DNA from: an uncultured Chloroflexia bacterium
Lineage (GTDB): Bacteria > Chloroflexota > Dehalococcoidia > UBA2979
Length of the DNA stretch: 64,000 bases
Assembly (NCBI GenBank): GCA_963728205.1
Contig: CAVSIV010000004.1
Coordinates: 96,001 to 160,000, forward strand
Direction: 5' to 3'
Shown: positions 51,539 through 62,096 of the stretch, piece after piece
How positions within the stretch are numbered: the first letter of the stretch is position 1
Layout: the number at the start of each line of letters is the position of its first letter
Translations under genes and position numbers: made by a program
The notes under the pieces: generated by a model
Database searches by the model: none
What the model saw: only the letters and a program-made list of their open reading frames with translations
Told to the model about the DNA's origin: nothing

Positions 51539-52201
51539 ATGAACCGGCGGCTGCGATCGGCGCGTGCGCTGCTCGCAGCCGCCGCTGCGTTGTGCGGCGC
51601 CGCGGTCGGCGTGCTGGCGCTGCGACGCGGCTGGTTCCGCGTGGCGGTCGCCGGCGAGAGCATGTCGCCGGCGCTGCGGCCCGGCGACTTCCTCGTGCTG
51701 CGGCGCGGCGGCCCCCCTTCCGGGGCACGGGCATTCGGGCGCATCGTCGCGGCGGAGGCGCCCGGCGGCCGGCTCGTCCTCAAGCGCGTGATCGGCCTGC
51801 CCGGCGAGTCGCTGCGTGTCGGCACGGCCGTGCAGATCAACGGCCGGGTCCTGCTCGAGCCCTACGCGCACGGCGCGACCCCGCCACACCAGTTCCGCGG
51901 ACTGAACCGGCTGGGCGATGACGAATACTTCCTGATCGGCGACGCTCGCGACGCCTCCACGGACAGCCGCGACTTTGGTCCCGTGGCGCGCAGCGCGATC
52001 ATGGGCGTCGTGGTGGGACGCTACTGGCCGCTCGGCCGCGCGTGCCGGCTGCGAGCGCCGGCACGCGAGCTCACCGGCGTCGAGCGCGGGCCGACCCCGG
52101 TGCCGTCCGGCATCATCGGTGCGTCGCGCGGCGTGGTCCCCGTCCGCAACGGCAACCCCCCGGCCGAGCAGCATGTCGACCGAGAATCAGGGGATTCCTG
52201 A
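51539..52201 (+). CDS. sodX: S26 peptidase, probable NiSOD maturation protease
   Basis: GESM.P.L.PGD, LKRVIG, GD...STDSR.FGPV motifs; immediately after sodN. Confidence 0.8.
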   Translation: MNRRLRSARALLAAAAALCGAAVGVLALRRGWFRVAVAGESMSPALRPGDFLVLRRGGPPSGARAFGRIVAAEAPGGRLVLKRVIGLPGESLRVGTAVQINGRVLLEPYAHGATPPHQFRGLNRLGDDEYFLIGDARDASTDSRDFGPVARSAIMGVVVGRYWPLGRACRLRAPARELTGVERGPTPVPSGIIGASRGVVPVRNGNPPAEQHVDRESGDS

Positions 52202-52304
52202 CTGCGTCGCCCGGCGCGACCGGGCGACGATGCAGATCGAACCGTGCATCGATCGCTCCTCGCCGGCTCCCCGCCGGCCCGCGAGGCGGCCGGGAGTCCT
52301 GCCC

Positions 52305-53183
52305 ATGACGCCGTCGATCCCTCCACCCGGATACCCGCTGCAGCCCGCGGTCGACGAGCTCGTCACCGAGATCGCCGAGCTGCGACCGCTGCCGGCGATC
52401 GCGGTGCGGATCATGCGGCTCGCCGAGTCCGATCGCTTCAGCGCACAGGAGCTCGCGACGCTGATCACGAGCGACCAGGTGATGACCGCCAAGCTGCTGC
52501 GGCTGGCCAACTCGCCCTACTACGGCTTCGCGCGCCGTATCGGCACCGTGCGCGACGCGGTCGTGCTCGTCGGCTTTCGCGCCGTGCGGTCCGTGGCGCT
52601 CGTGTCGTGCGTGATCGATACGGTTCGCGCGACGTCGAACCTGGACGGCGCGCAGGCGTGGCAGTTCTCGGTCGGCGTCGGCGTGATCGCCGAGACGCTG
52701 GCGCGCGTCGAGGGCGTGGATCCCGAGCAGGCGTTCACCGCGGGGGTGCTCCACAATATCGGCTTGATCGCGCTGGACCAGCACCGGCCGCGCGCGCTGC
52801 GCGAGGTGCTGCACGAGGTGCGCCTGAACGGTCGCTCGCTCCAGGAAGCGGAGCGCGTCGTGCTCGGGTTCACCGACGGCGAGCTCGGCGGCGCGCTGGC
52901 GGAGCACTGGGGGTTCCCCCCGGCGCTCGTCGACCCCATCCGCGACCATGCGGCGGCGCTCGACCATCCGCCGGCGCGCGGCACGCTCACGGCGTGCGTA
53001 CTGCGCGCGCGCGTGCTCGCGCGGGCGAACGGGTTGGCCGACGGCGTCGACCGCGAGCCATCCGCGCCGGCGCCCGACCCCGACTGGCTCGTCCCGCCAC
53101 TCTCAACGGCAATCGGGCGATCCGGCGGTGTCGCCGCCGCGCTGGTACGCGCCGAGGCGTTCTTCGACTCGACGATCGGCTGA
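52305..53183 (+). CDS. Stand-alone HDOD domain protein (copy 1)
   Basis: LP.IA, DQ.MTAKLLRLANSPYYG, AFTAGVLHNIG and LAEHWGFP motifs. Confidence 0.85.
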   Translation: MTPSIPPPGYPLQPAVDELVTEIAELRPLPAIAVRIMRLAESDRFSAQELATLITSDQVMTAKLLRLANSPYYGFARRIGTVRDAVVLVGFRAVRSVALVSCVIDTVRATSNLDGAQAWQFSVGVGVIAETLARVEGVDPEQAFTAGVLHNIGLIALDQHRPRALREVLHEVRLNGRSLQEAERVVLGFTDGELGGALAEHWGFPPALVDPIRDHAAALDHPPARGTLTACVLRARVLARANGLADGVDREPSAPAPDPDWLVPPLSTAIGRSGGVAAALVRAEAFFDSTIG

Positions 53184-53349
53184 TTCGCGCTCGCCTGCGC
53201 CCCCCGCCGCGGGCGCCGATGATCACCGCGTACGCGGCGCCAGTGCGCCGCTCCGTCGCCAACGTCTGGCCACGCGGCGGCAGACGTGCCGCCGACAGCT
53301 CGCGGCCGCATGAGCCGCGTTGGTATCGGCGGCGCATCTGCACCCAAGA

Positions 53350-54267
53350 ATGGCGTCGGATGACGTTCCGACGCGGACCGCGGCGCGAAGGGATCGCGAG
53401 ACGGTGACGCTCGCAGAGCAGCAGCCCTCACTCGCCTCGGTCGTGCACGAGATCGCCGAGCTCCGCCCCTTGCCGGGGGTGGCATCAGCGGCGCTGCACA
53501 TCACGGACGGCGACCGCTTCTCGGCGCACGAGCTGGCGAAGGTGATCTCCGCCGACCAGGCGCTGACGGCGAAGGTGCTGCGCCTGTCGAACTCGGCGTA
53601 CTACGGCTTCCCGCGCCGCATCGGCACGGTGCGCGACGCGATCGTCCTGATCGGCTTCCGCGCCGTGCGGTCCGCGGTGCTCGCGTCGTCGGTGATGGAG
53701 GTTCACCGCTCGCCGCGCATGATCGACTACCGCGGTTTCTGGCGGTTCTCGGTGACGGTCGGCGTGCTCGCGGAGGTCGTCGCGCAGAGCGAACGCGGCG
53801 CCTACGAGGAGGCGTTCACCGCGGGGGTGCTGCACAACATCGGACGGCTCGCGCTCGACCAGCACCTCCCCGAGCGCTTCCGCGCGGCCGTCCGGCGCGC
53901 CGAGCAGGAGCAGGTGCCGCTGCACGAGGCGGAGCGCGAACTGCTCGGGTTCACGGACGCGCAGCTGGGCGCGGCGCTGGCACGCCACTGGAACTTCCCG
54001 GGGGAGCTGTGCGACGCCGTCGCAAACCACCCGCTGAACGCGTATGCGATCCCGGACGAGATGGGGTCGCTCACGGCCTACGTGGTGGGCGCGCGCCGCT
54101 TCGCGCGCGCCTACGGGCTATCCGACGGCGTGGAGGTAGCGGCCGCCGGGCCGCCGCCGCGCGAATGGTCGGCGGCGCCGCTCGCCGATGCGCTCGCACG
54201 ATCGGGCGGCATGGACGGCGTCCTCGAGCGCGTGCGCGCCTTCCTGGAGGCGACGATCGCCCCCTAG
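53350..54267 (+). CDS. Stand-alone HDOD domain protein (copy 2); start uncertain
   Basis: Same motifs: DQALTAKVLRLSNSAYYG, AFTAGVLHNIG, LARHWNFP. Confidence 0.85.
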   Translation: MASDDVPTRTAARRDRETVTLAEQQPSLASVVHEIAELRPLPGVASAALHITDGDRFSAHELAKVISADQALTAKVLRLSNSAYYGFPRRIGTVRDAIVLIGFRAVRSAVLASSVMEVHRSPRMIDYRGFWRFSVTVGVLAEVVAQSERGAYEEAFTAGVLHNIGRLALDQHLPERFRAAVRRAEQEQVPLHEAERELLGFTDAQLGAALARHWNFPGELCDAVANHPLNAYAIPDEMGSLTAYVVGARRFARAYGLSDGVEVAAAGPPPREWSAAPLADALARSGGMDGVLERVRAFLEATIAP

Positions 54268-54359
54268 CGCCCGGCCCGGGGCGAGTGATTACGTCAACGC
54301 GCGTGCGGTCCGCGTCTCCGCAACGGGCGCCCCGCCCCCGTTGCCGCGAGCATGCCCCC

Positions 54360-54388
54360 TTGCACCACGCGTCGCGATTCTGTACAAC
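54360..54388 (+). promoter_or_regulatory. Putative groEL promoter
   Basis: TTGCAC-17 nt-TACAAC directly upstream of CIRCE. Confidence 0.55.
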
Positions 54389-54390
54389 CT

Positions 54391-56105
<1,715 letters not shown>

Positions 56106-56106
56106 A

Positions 56107-56166
56107 CGATCGGCTGCGCGCAGCCGATCGGGGCCCGGTCCGCGGTGGACCGGGCCCCTCTGTTTT
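56107..56166 (+). terminator. Twin hairpins / intrinsic terminator after groEL
   Basis: CGATCGGCTG..CAGCCGATCG followed by GGGGCCCGGTCC-N5-GGACCGGGCCCC and TCTGTTTT. Confidence 0.8.
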
Positions 56167-56184
56167 GCGGAGCGCGGAGAGAGC

Positions 56185-56640
56185 ATGTTCGGCGACAACG
56201 GCATCGTGATCGACATCGGCTCCATGGGAAGCGCCGTGCGCGAAGCCGATGTGATCGTGGTGGGGTTCGAGTTCTGGCCCGAGCGCCTGCTGATCGACCT
56301 GCGCCCGGATCCCGACCGCCAGACCCCTCCGCTGATCGAGATCGTGGATCCGTTGCCCGGCGTGCAGGAGCGCAACATCTGGCTGAGCGCGCGGCGACCC
56401 GGCGTTACCCCGCCCGACCAGTTCCTCTTCTTCACGTGGCCGCACAGCATCGGCTTCCTCGAGGAGTCGCCGCTGCCGCGCGGCGTCGCGCGGCGCGTGC
56501 AGCGCGAGCAGGGGCTCGACGTGCGCGCGCAGATCGGAGACGTGCTCGCGGAGCTCGCGCGCATCGAGGCGCGCGAGGCGCTGGCCGCGGTCCACGGTGG
56601 CGAGGGCTACGAGACGGTGTGGAGTCGCGAAGACCGCTGA
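56185..56640 (+). CDS. Hypothetical protein
   Basis: GGAG SD, normal amino-acid composition and GC3-rich codons; no family recognised. Confidence 0.7.
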   Translation: MFGDNGIVIDIGSMGSAVREADVIVVGFEFWPERLLIDLRPDPDRQTPPLIEIVDPLPGVQERNIWLSARRPGVTPPDQFLFFTWPHSIGFLEESPLPRGVARRVQREQGLDVRAQIGDVLAELARIEAREALAAVHGGEGYETVWSREDR

Positions 56641-56768
56641 CCGCAGTGGCGTGCTTCGAGCGGCACCCGGCGAGCGTGCTGAGATGGCGGTGGGCGGCGA
56701 CGCGGCCGCACCGCCCTGCGCGAGCCGCTCAGGGCGGTGCGGCCGCGTACCGCTCGAAGCGACTTCCG

Positions 56769-58256
56769 TCAGGCGACCGTCCACCACGGCTCGACGTTCG
56801 ACTCCGGGTCGCCGCGGCCGACGAACCACGCGATCGCCGCGGCGAGCACCATGACCAGCGCGGCGACGACGAAGACGTCGTGAAACGTCGAGACCTGCGC
56901 TTCCTCCACCAGGCGCCGGAAGTCGGGGCTGTCGAACGGCACGGTGCCCACGCGCGCGTAGAAGCGGCCGAGGCCCGTCGACGTCAGCAGCGACGCGCCG
57001 ACGAGCATCCCGGCGATGCGACAGAGCACGAGCCACGACGACGCGGTCGCGCGCTCGTGCTCGGAGACGCGCTGGAGCACCGCCGTGGCGAGCGGCGCGA
57101 TCACGAGCCCGAAGCCGAAGCCGCCCACCACCTGCGGCAGCGTGCGTAGCCACTGCGCCAGCGGCTCGTTCCACGCCTGCAGCCCGGCGAATCCGAGCGC
57201 CGCGAGCAGCATGCCGGCAGCGGCGGGCACGCGCAGCGGCAAGCGACCGGCGAGCAGCCCGCCGGCGAGCGCGCCGAGCGGCACCCCCACCGTCAGCCGC
57301 ATCAGCGTGAGCCCGCCCTGCAGCGCGGGCTCCACGAGCACGAGGTTGACGAACAGCGGCACGCCGATCAGCGCGGTGATCAGCCCGCCACCCACGAAGA
57401 CGTTCGCGAGGTTGGCGGCGGCGACGGCGCGCGGGCGGAACATCGAGAGCCGCACCATGGGCATGCGCGTGCGCAGCTCGTGCCACGCGAAGACGCCGCC
57501 GATCGCCGCGGCACCCGCGATCATCGCCGCCGTCACACCGAGCGGCCGCGGCGCGTTCGGGTCGTCGACCAGCGCGAACGTGAGCAGCGCGAGCGCCGCG
57601 CCGAGCAGCGCCGCGCCCGGCCAGTCGACGGGGCCGCGACGACCGCCGCGACCGCCGAGCCGCCACACGCCGACGAGCACCGGGGCGAGCATGGGCAGGT
57701 TGATCCAGAACACCCAGCGCCAGCCGGCGAGCTCGGTGATCGCGCCGCCCCACAGCGGCCCGATCAACGCGCCCGCCTCCGCCGCCGCCGCGATCGCGCC
57801 GAGCCCCAGCGCACGCTGCCGGGGCGGCAGCTCGCCGACGACGATCGCCATCGCCACCGGCACCACGCCGCCGCCGCCGATCGCCTGCACGCCGCGCGCG
57901 ATCACGATCGCCTCGAAGCTCGGCGCCACCGCCACCGCCGCGCTCCCGATCAGGAAGAGGCCCACGGCGACGGCGAAGACGCGTGCATGGCCGTATACGT
58001 CGGCGACCCGCCCGAGCAGCGGCAGCGCGACGAGGTAGCCCAGCAGGTAGCTGTTGACGATCCACGACGCGCGATAGAAGTCACTGACCGGCAGGTGGAT
58101 GTCATGCAGGATCGCCGGGAGCACGGTGACGATGGTCGTCTGGTCATCGGCGGCGATGAAGACGCCCGCGGCGATCGCCAGGAGGAGCCAGCGCTGCGTG
58201 CGCGCCACGCGGCGCGGCTCCTCGGCGGGACCGGGAAGCGGGGCCGCGCCGGTCAT
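56769..58256 (-). CDS. 14-TM MFS transporter (P55/Rv1410c-like)
   Basis: D.T.IVTVLP, WIVNSYLLGY....PLLGR.AD, G.LIGPL.GG and WRWVFWINLP motifs; paired with an LppX/LprG gene. Confidence 0.85.
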   Translation of the reverse strand: MTGAAPLPGPAEEPRRVARTQRWLLLAIAAGVFIAADDQTTIVTVLPAILHDIHLPVSDFYRASWIVNSYLLGYLVALPLLGRVADVYGHARVFAVAVGLFLIGSAAVAVAPSFEAIVIARGVQAIGGGGVVPVAMAIVVGELPPRQRALGLGAIAAAAEAGALIGPLWGGAITELAGWRWVFWINLPMLAPVLVGVWRLGGRGGRRGPVDWPGAALLGAALALLTFALVDDPNAPRPLGVTAAMIAGAAAIGGVFAWHELRTRMPMVRLSMFRPRAVAAANLANVFVGGGLITALIGVPLFVNLVLVEPALQGGLTLMRLTVGVPLGALAGGLLAGRLPLRVPAAAGMLLAALGFAGLQAWNEPLAQWLRTLPQVVGGFGFGLVIAPLATAVLQRVSEHERATASSWLVLCRIAGMLVGASLLTSTGLGRFYARVGTVPFDSPDFRRLVEEAQVSTFHDVFVVAALVMVLAAAIAWFVGRGDPESNVEPWWTVA

Positions 58257-58293
58257 CGCGCGGCCACGGTCGCTGCGGGGAGGTCGGGTCGCG

Positions 58294-59019
58294 TCACTGC
58301 TGCGGCGGCTGGATGTCGATGTTCGCGCCGATGTCGGTCAGCGTGAGCGTGCGCACCAGGTTGGACGGCTCGTTCGCCGTGATCCCGCCCACGATCTCGA
58401 TGCGGTGCACGAGCGGGTCGTCCTTGCCGATCCATGCGCGCGCCTGCAGCTGCTTGCCCGACGACGCGCCGCTCGTGAAGAGCGACAGGGAGCCCGAGTC
58501 GACGGTCGCCTCGACGACCCAGGTGTCCGCGCCGTCGACCTTCTCGCTGCCCGTGATCTTCGGGTTCGTCACGTCGCGCATGAGCGCCGGGACGCCCTTG
58601 GTCGGGTCGAAGAACTGCGCGACCTGCACGTCCTGCCTCTCCCAGCGGCCGGTCAGCGGGTTGGTCACCCACGACTGATCGGGGAGCACGATGATCTTCA
58701 CGGTCGCGCTGATCGGTCCGGCCTGAACGTCGGCGTCGATCGAGAGCCGGTTCGGGCCGGCGACCGCGCCCTTCGCGCTCGTCATCATCAGGCCGTTGAG
58801 GATCTCGGACGCGCCGTTCTGGTGCTCGAGGTCGAAGCGCAGCGACTGCACCTCCGCCATGCGGTCGGCGGCGCGGTGCAGCAGGTCGGCGGGGGTCACC
58901 GTCGGGGTCGGCGTCGCCTTCGCGCCGCTGTGGCAGGCGGTCAGCGCGAGCGCCAGCGCGACCACCGCGAGCAGCGCCAGCGCCCGCGAGGCGACGCGAG
59001 AACGGGCGACCGCGCGCAT
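58294..59019 (-). CDS. LppX/LprAFG family lipoprotein
   Basis: Lipobox LALTAC; FFDP.KGV..L, GSEKVDG.DT and a terminal V.I..P-like motif. Confidence 0.75.
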   Translation of the reverse strand: MRAVARSRVASRALALLAVVALALALTACHSGAKATPTPTVTPADLLHRAADRMAEVQSLRFDLEHQNGASEILNGLMMTSAKGAVAGPNRLSIDADVQAGPISATVKIIVLPDQSWVTNPLTGRWERQDVQVAQFFDPTKGVPALMRDVTNPKITGSEKVDGADTWVVEATVDSGSLSLFTSGASSGKQLQARAWIGKDDPLVHRIEIVGGITANEPSNLVRTLTLTDIGANIDIQPPQQ

Positions 59020-60074
59020 CAGCGCACCACCACCACGGGGTCGCCCGGCTCGATGGCACCGACGATCCAGCAGCCGCCGGTCTCGGCCTCGATCCGCGCG
59101 CGCAGCGCCTCCGCCTGGTCCGCGGGGAGCGCGATGAGCAGCCCGCCGGACGTCTGCGGGTCGTAGAGCAGATTGGCGAGCGGCGGCGCGACGCTCTCCG
59201 GCACGCGCGCCCCCGCGCCGAGCTGGTCACGGTTGCGGGCGCCGCCGCCCGTCGTGGCGCCCTCCGCGGCGAAGCGAAGCGCGTCGGGGAGGAGGGGCAC
59301 GGCGGCCGCGTCGATCGCAACGGTGGCGCCGGCGCCGGCGGCGATCTCCTGCGCGTGCCCCAGCAGACCGAAGCCGGTGACGTCGGTCATCGCGCGCACG
59401 CCGGCCGCCCGAGCGAGGTGCGATGCGTGGCGGTTGAGCGCCAGCATCGACTCCACGGCGGCGGCCAGCGCCGGCTCATGGCCGGTGCGCCGCTCCTTCG
59501 CCGCGGTCAGCACCACTCCCGTGCCGATGGGCTTCGTCAGCAGCAGCGCGTCGCCCGGCCGCGCGCCCGCGGTGCGGATGATCGCGTCGGGGTGAACGGT
59601 GCCGGTCACGGCGAGCCCGTACTTCGGCTCGCGGTCGATCACGGTGTGCCCGCCCGCGATCACGCCGCCGGCCTCGGCGACCTTCTGCGCGCCGCCGCGG
59701 AAGATCTCGGCGAGGATGGCGGGGTCCAGGTCCTCGGGGAACGCGACGATCTGCAGCGCCATCGCGACCTCGCCACCCATCGCGTAGACGTCCGACATCG
59801 CGTTCGCGGCGGCCACCTGGCCGAAGGTGAACGGGTCGTCGACAACGGGCGGGAAGAAATCGAGCGTCTGCACGATAGCGAGGTCGTCGGACACGCGAAG
59901 GACCGCAGCGTCGTCCGGCCCGTCGAGACCGACGAGCAGCTGCGGGAAGCGCTCCGGCGGGAAGGCGTCTTGCAGAGGGCGCAGCACCTGCGCCAGGGTC
60001 GCGAGACCCATCTTGCCCGCTCAACCCGCGCAGGAGGCCAGATCCGTGAGGCGAACGATGTCCTCGCGCGTCAT
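59019..60074 (-). CDS. selD: Selenide, water dikinase (selenoprotein; in-frame UGA at 60021-60023)
   Basis: MTREDIVRLTDLASCAG[TGA]AGKM continues in frame into DDAAV, TLDFF, ANAMSDVYAMGG, GGHT, TDVTGFGL and DPQTSGGLL. Confidence 0.95.
59996..60009 (-). promoter_or_regulatory. Putative bacterial SECIS hairpin
   Basis: GGGUC-UCGC-GACCC begins 11 nt downstream of the UGA. Confidence 0.6.
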
Positions 60075-60198
60075 GCGCACCATCGTCGCATCGCGCGTGA
60101 AGCCCGTCGAGCAGCGCGCGGGCCGAGCGTCGCGGCAGGCGGCCGTTGCAGGGCGCGCCCGCAGCGGGCGACGATCACGGGCCAATGCGTCGACTTCC

Positions 60199-60234
60199 GT
60201 GTGATTTGTGGTGTGATCCGATATGGGTTAGAGT
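60199..60234 (+). promoter_or_regulatory. Promoter/operator of the toxin-antitoxin operon
   Basis: TTGTGG-17-TAGAGT with GTGTGAT direct repeats (60199-60205, 60211-60217) flanking the -35; locally AT-rich. Confidence 0.5.
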
Positions 60235-60259
60235 TGTGAATCAGGGAGTGGAGGGGCAC

Positions 60260-60652
60260 ATGGCCACGCTGACGCCGTCTCGGCCGGATCACGCCGCACA
60301 CGCGCGCGCCATGCGCGCGGACTTCGCAGAGGTCGTCGGCGCGTTGCGCGCCATCCTAGGCGCGCGGCTGTGCGCGTACATCGGCTCCGTGAAGGAGACG
60401 CGTGCCGTGAACGAGTGGATGAGCGGCAAGCGCGCACCCGGGCCGGACACGCAGCGGCGGCTGCGCGTGGCGCTGCAGATCGCGGATCCCATCGCCGCGG
60501 CGGACGGCGAACGAGTCGCGCAGGTGTGGTTCCAGGGCCTGAACCCCCAGCTGGAGGACCGGTCGCCGGCACGGCTGCTGCGGGAGGGCGACCTGGACGA
60601 GGTCGGCCCCGCGGTGATCGGGGCGGCGCGGGCGTTTCTCGCCGGCGGATGA
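60260..60652 (+). CDS. Antitoxin (Xre/MbcA/ParS-like)
   Basis: HTH-like LG..L.AYI....TRAV..W..G and C-terminal WFQGLNPQL.D.SP..LL; GGAGG SD; ATGA overlap with the RES gene. Confidence 0.8.
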   Translation: MATLTPSRPDHAAHARAMRADFAEVVGALRAILGARLCAYIGSVKETRAVNEWMSGKRAPGPDTQRRLRVALQIADPIAAADGERVAQVWFQGLNPQLEDRSPARLLREGDLDEVGPAVIGAARAFLAGG

Positions 60653-61338
60653 GCTGCGACTTCGACGCGGTCGAGCCGGACCGGACGGTGTACCGGCTGG
60701 GCCGCACGCCCGATCCCTGGGCGTGGCCCGACTGGAGCCGCGCGGCGCCCGACGGCACGTTCGGCAACCGGTGGGACGACCCCGACGGTGAGTTCCGCGT
60801 GCTCTACGCGGCTTCCGAGCGGGTCGGCGCGTTCGTCGAGACGCTTGCGCGCTTCCGTCCCGACCTGCAGCTGCTCGCGGAGCTCGACGCGATCGATGGC
60901 ACCGCCGACGCGCTGCCTGCCGGCACGATCCCGCGAGAGTGGCTCGACGTGCGGCGGCTCGGCGTTGCGCGCCTCGGCGGCCGCTTTGCCATCGCCGGCA
61001 CGGCGCGCTCGCTCGCGACCGTGCGCGCCGCGCTCGCCTCGAGCGCGATCCGCCACGGTCTCGCCGAGATCGACGCCTCCACGATCCGCGTGGTCGCGCC
61101 GCGCGCGTTCACGCAGGACGTGTCGCGCCACATCTTCGAGTGCGCCGACGCCGACGGCCGCCCGTTCGACGGCATCTGCTATCGCTCGCGACTCGGCGAC
61201 GAGTTCGAGAACTGGGCCGTCTTCGAGAGCGTGCCGCCCGACGAGGCACCCCTGGCGGGCGCGCGCGCCGAGCGGGTCGTGGTGAGTGACCCCGATCTCC
61301 AGCACGCGATCGCGCTGCTGGGGCTGCGCATCGACTGA
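60649..61338 (+). CDS. RES domain toxin (NAD+ phosphorylase-type)
   Basis: R (GNRWDDP), E (AFVETLA) and S (GICYRSR) motifs, plus NWAVFE. Confidence 0.82.
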   Translation: MSCDFDAVEPDRTVYRLGRTPDPWAWPDWSRAAPDGTFGNRWDDPDGEFRVLYAASERVGAFVETLARFRPDLQLLAELDAIDGTADALPAGTIPREWLDVRRLGVARLGGRFAIAGTARSLATVRAALASSAIRHGLAEIDASTIRVVAPRAFTQDVSRHIFECADADGRPFDGICYRSRLGDEFENWAVFESVPPDEAPLAGARAERVVVSDPDLQHAIALLGLRID

Positions 61339-61398
61339 CCCGCCGGCGCTCCGCGTCCGGCCCTGCCGCCCGACGGGGGCGGCCCCTACCATCGCCGC

Positions 61399-62082
61399 AT
61401 GCCGACCCGAGCACAGTCCACGACCCCGCCGCGCTGGACGCCCGCGGAGATCATCGAGCTGCTCGACGCGCGCTACGGCCGCGCGCCGCAGCAGCTGTCC
61501 AACGAGCCGGTGTTCGAGCTCGTGCTGACGCTGCTGTCGCAGCACACTTCGGACCACAACTCCGGCCAGGCGATGCACCGCCTGCTCGAGCGCTTCCCCA
61601 CGTGGGACGCGATCCTCGCCGCGCGCGTCTCCGAGGTGGAGGACGCCATTCGCCCGGGCGGGCTCGCACCGACGAAGTCGAAGCGGCTGCAGGAGCTGCT
61701 CGCGGAGGTGAAGGAGCGGCGACCGGGCTGGGACCTCGCGCTGCTGCGCGACCTGCCGCTGGACGACGCGAAACGCTGGCTCACGAGCCTCCCCGGCGTC
61801 GGCCCGAAGACCGCCGCGTGTGTGCTGCTGTTCTCGCTCGGCCGGCCGGCGCTGCCGGTCGACACGCACGTCGAGCGCGTGGCAAAGCGCCTCGGGCTCG
61901 TCCCGCCGAAGATGCCGGCCGACCGTGCGCACGCGCACCTCGAGGAAACGCTCGAGCCGGACGAGGTGTACGCGTTTCACGTCGACCTGATCCAGCACGG
62001 CCGCCGCACGTGCCACGCGCGCAGGCCGCTGTGCGACGAGTGCGTGCTCGAGCCGCGCTGCCCGCGCGTCGGGGTGAAGTGA
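61399..62082 (+). CDS. nth: Endonuclease III
   Basis: LLSQHTSD, LPGVGPKTA, VDTHV and C.ARRP.C..C.L...C motifs. Confidence 0.92.
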   Translation: MPTRAQSTTPPRWTPAEIIELLDARYGRAPQQLSNEPVFELVLTLLSQHTSDHNSGQAMHRLLERFPTWDAILAARVSEVEDAIRPGGLAPTKSKRLQELLAEVKERRPGWDLALLRDLPLDDAKRWLTSLPGVGPKTAACVLLFSLGRPALPVDTHVERVAKRLGLVPPKMPADRAHAHLEETLEPDEVYAFHVDLIQHGRRTCHARRPLCDECVLEPRCPRVGVK

Positions 62083-62096
62083 GCGACGCCCAGGGC

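Noticed and set aside
48221-52174. Very long ORFs on opposite or alternative frames (e.g. 1317 aa here, 1016 aa at 1614-4664, 795 aa at 38321-40708)
   Set aside because: Arg/Ala/Pro-rich shadow ORFs typical of high-GC DNA, overlapping clearly recognisable genes.
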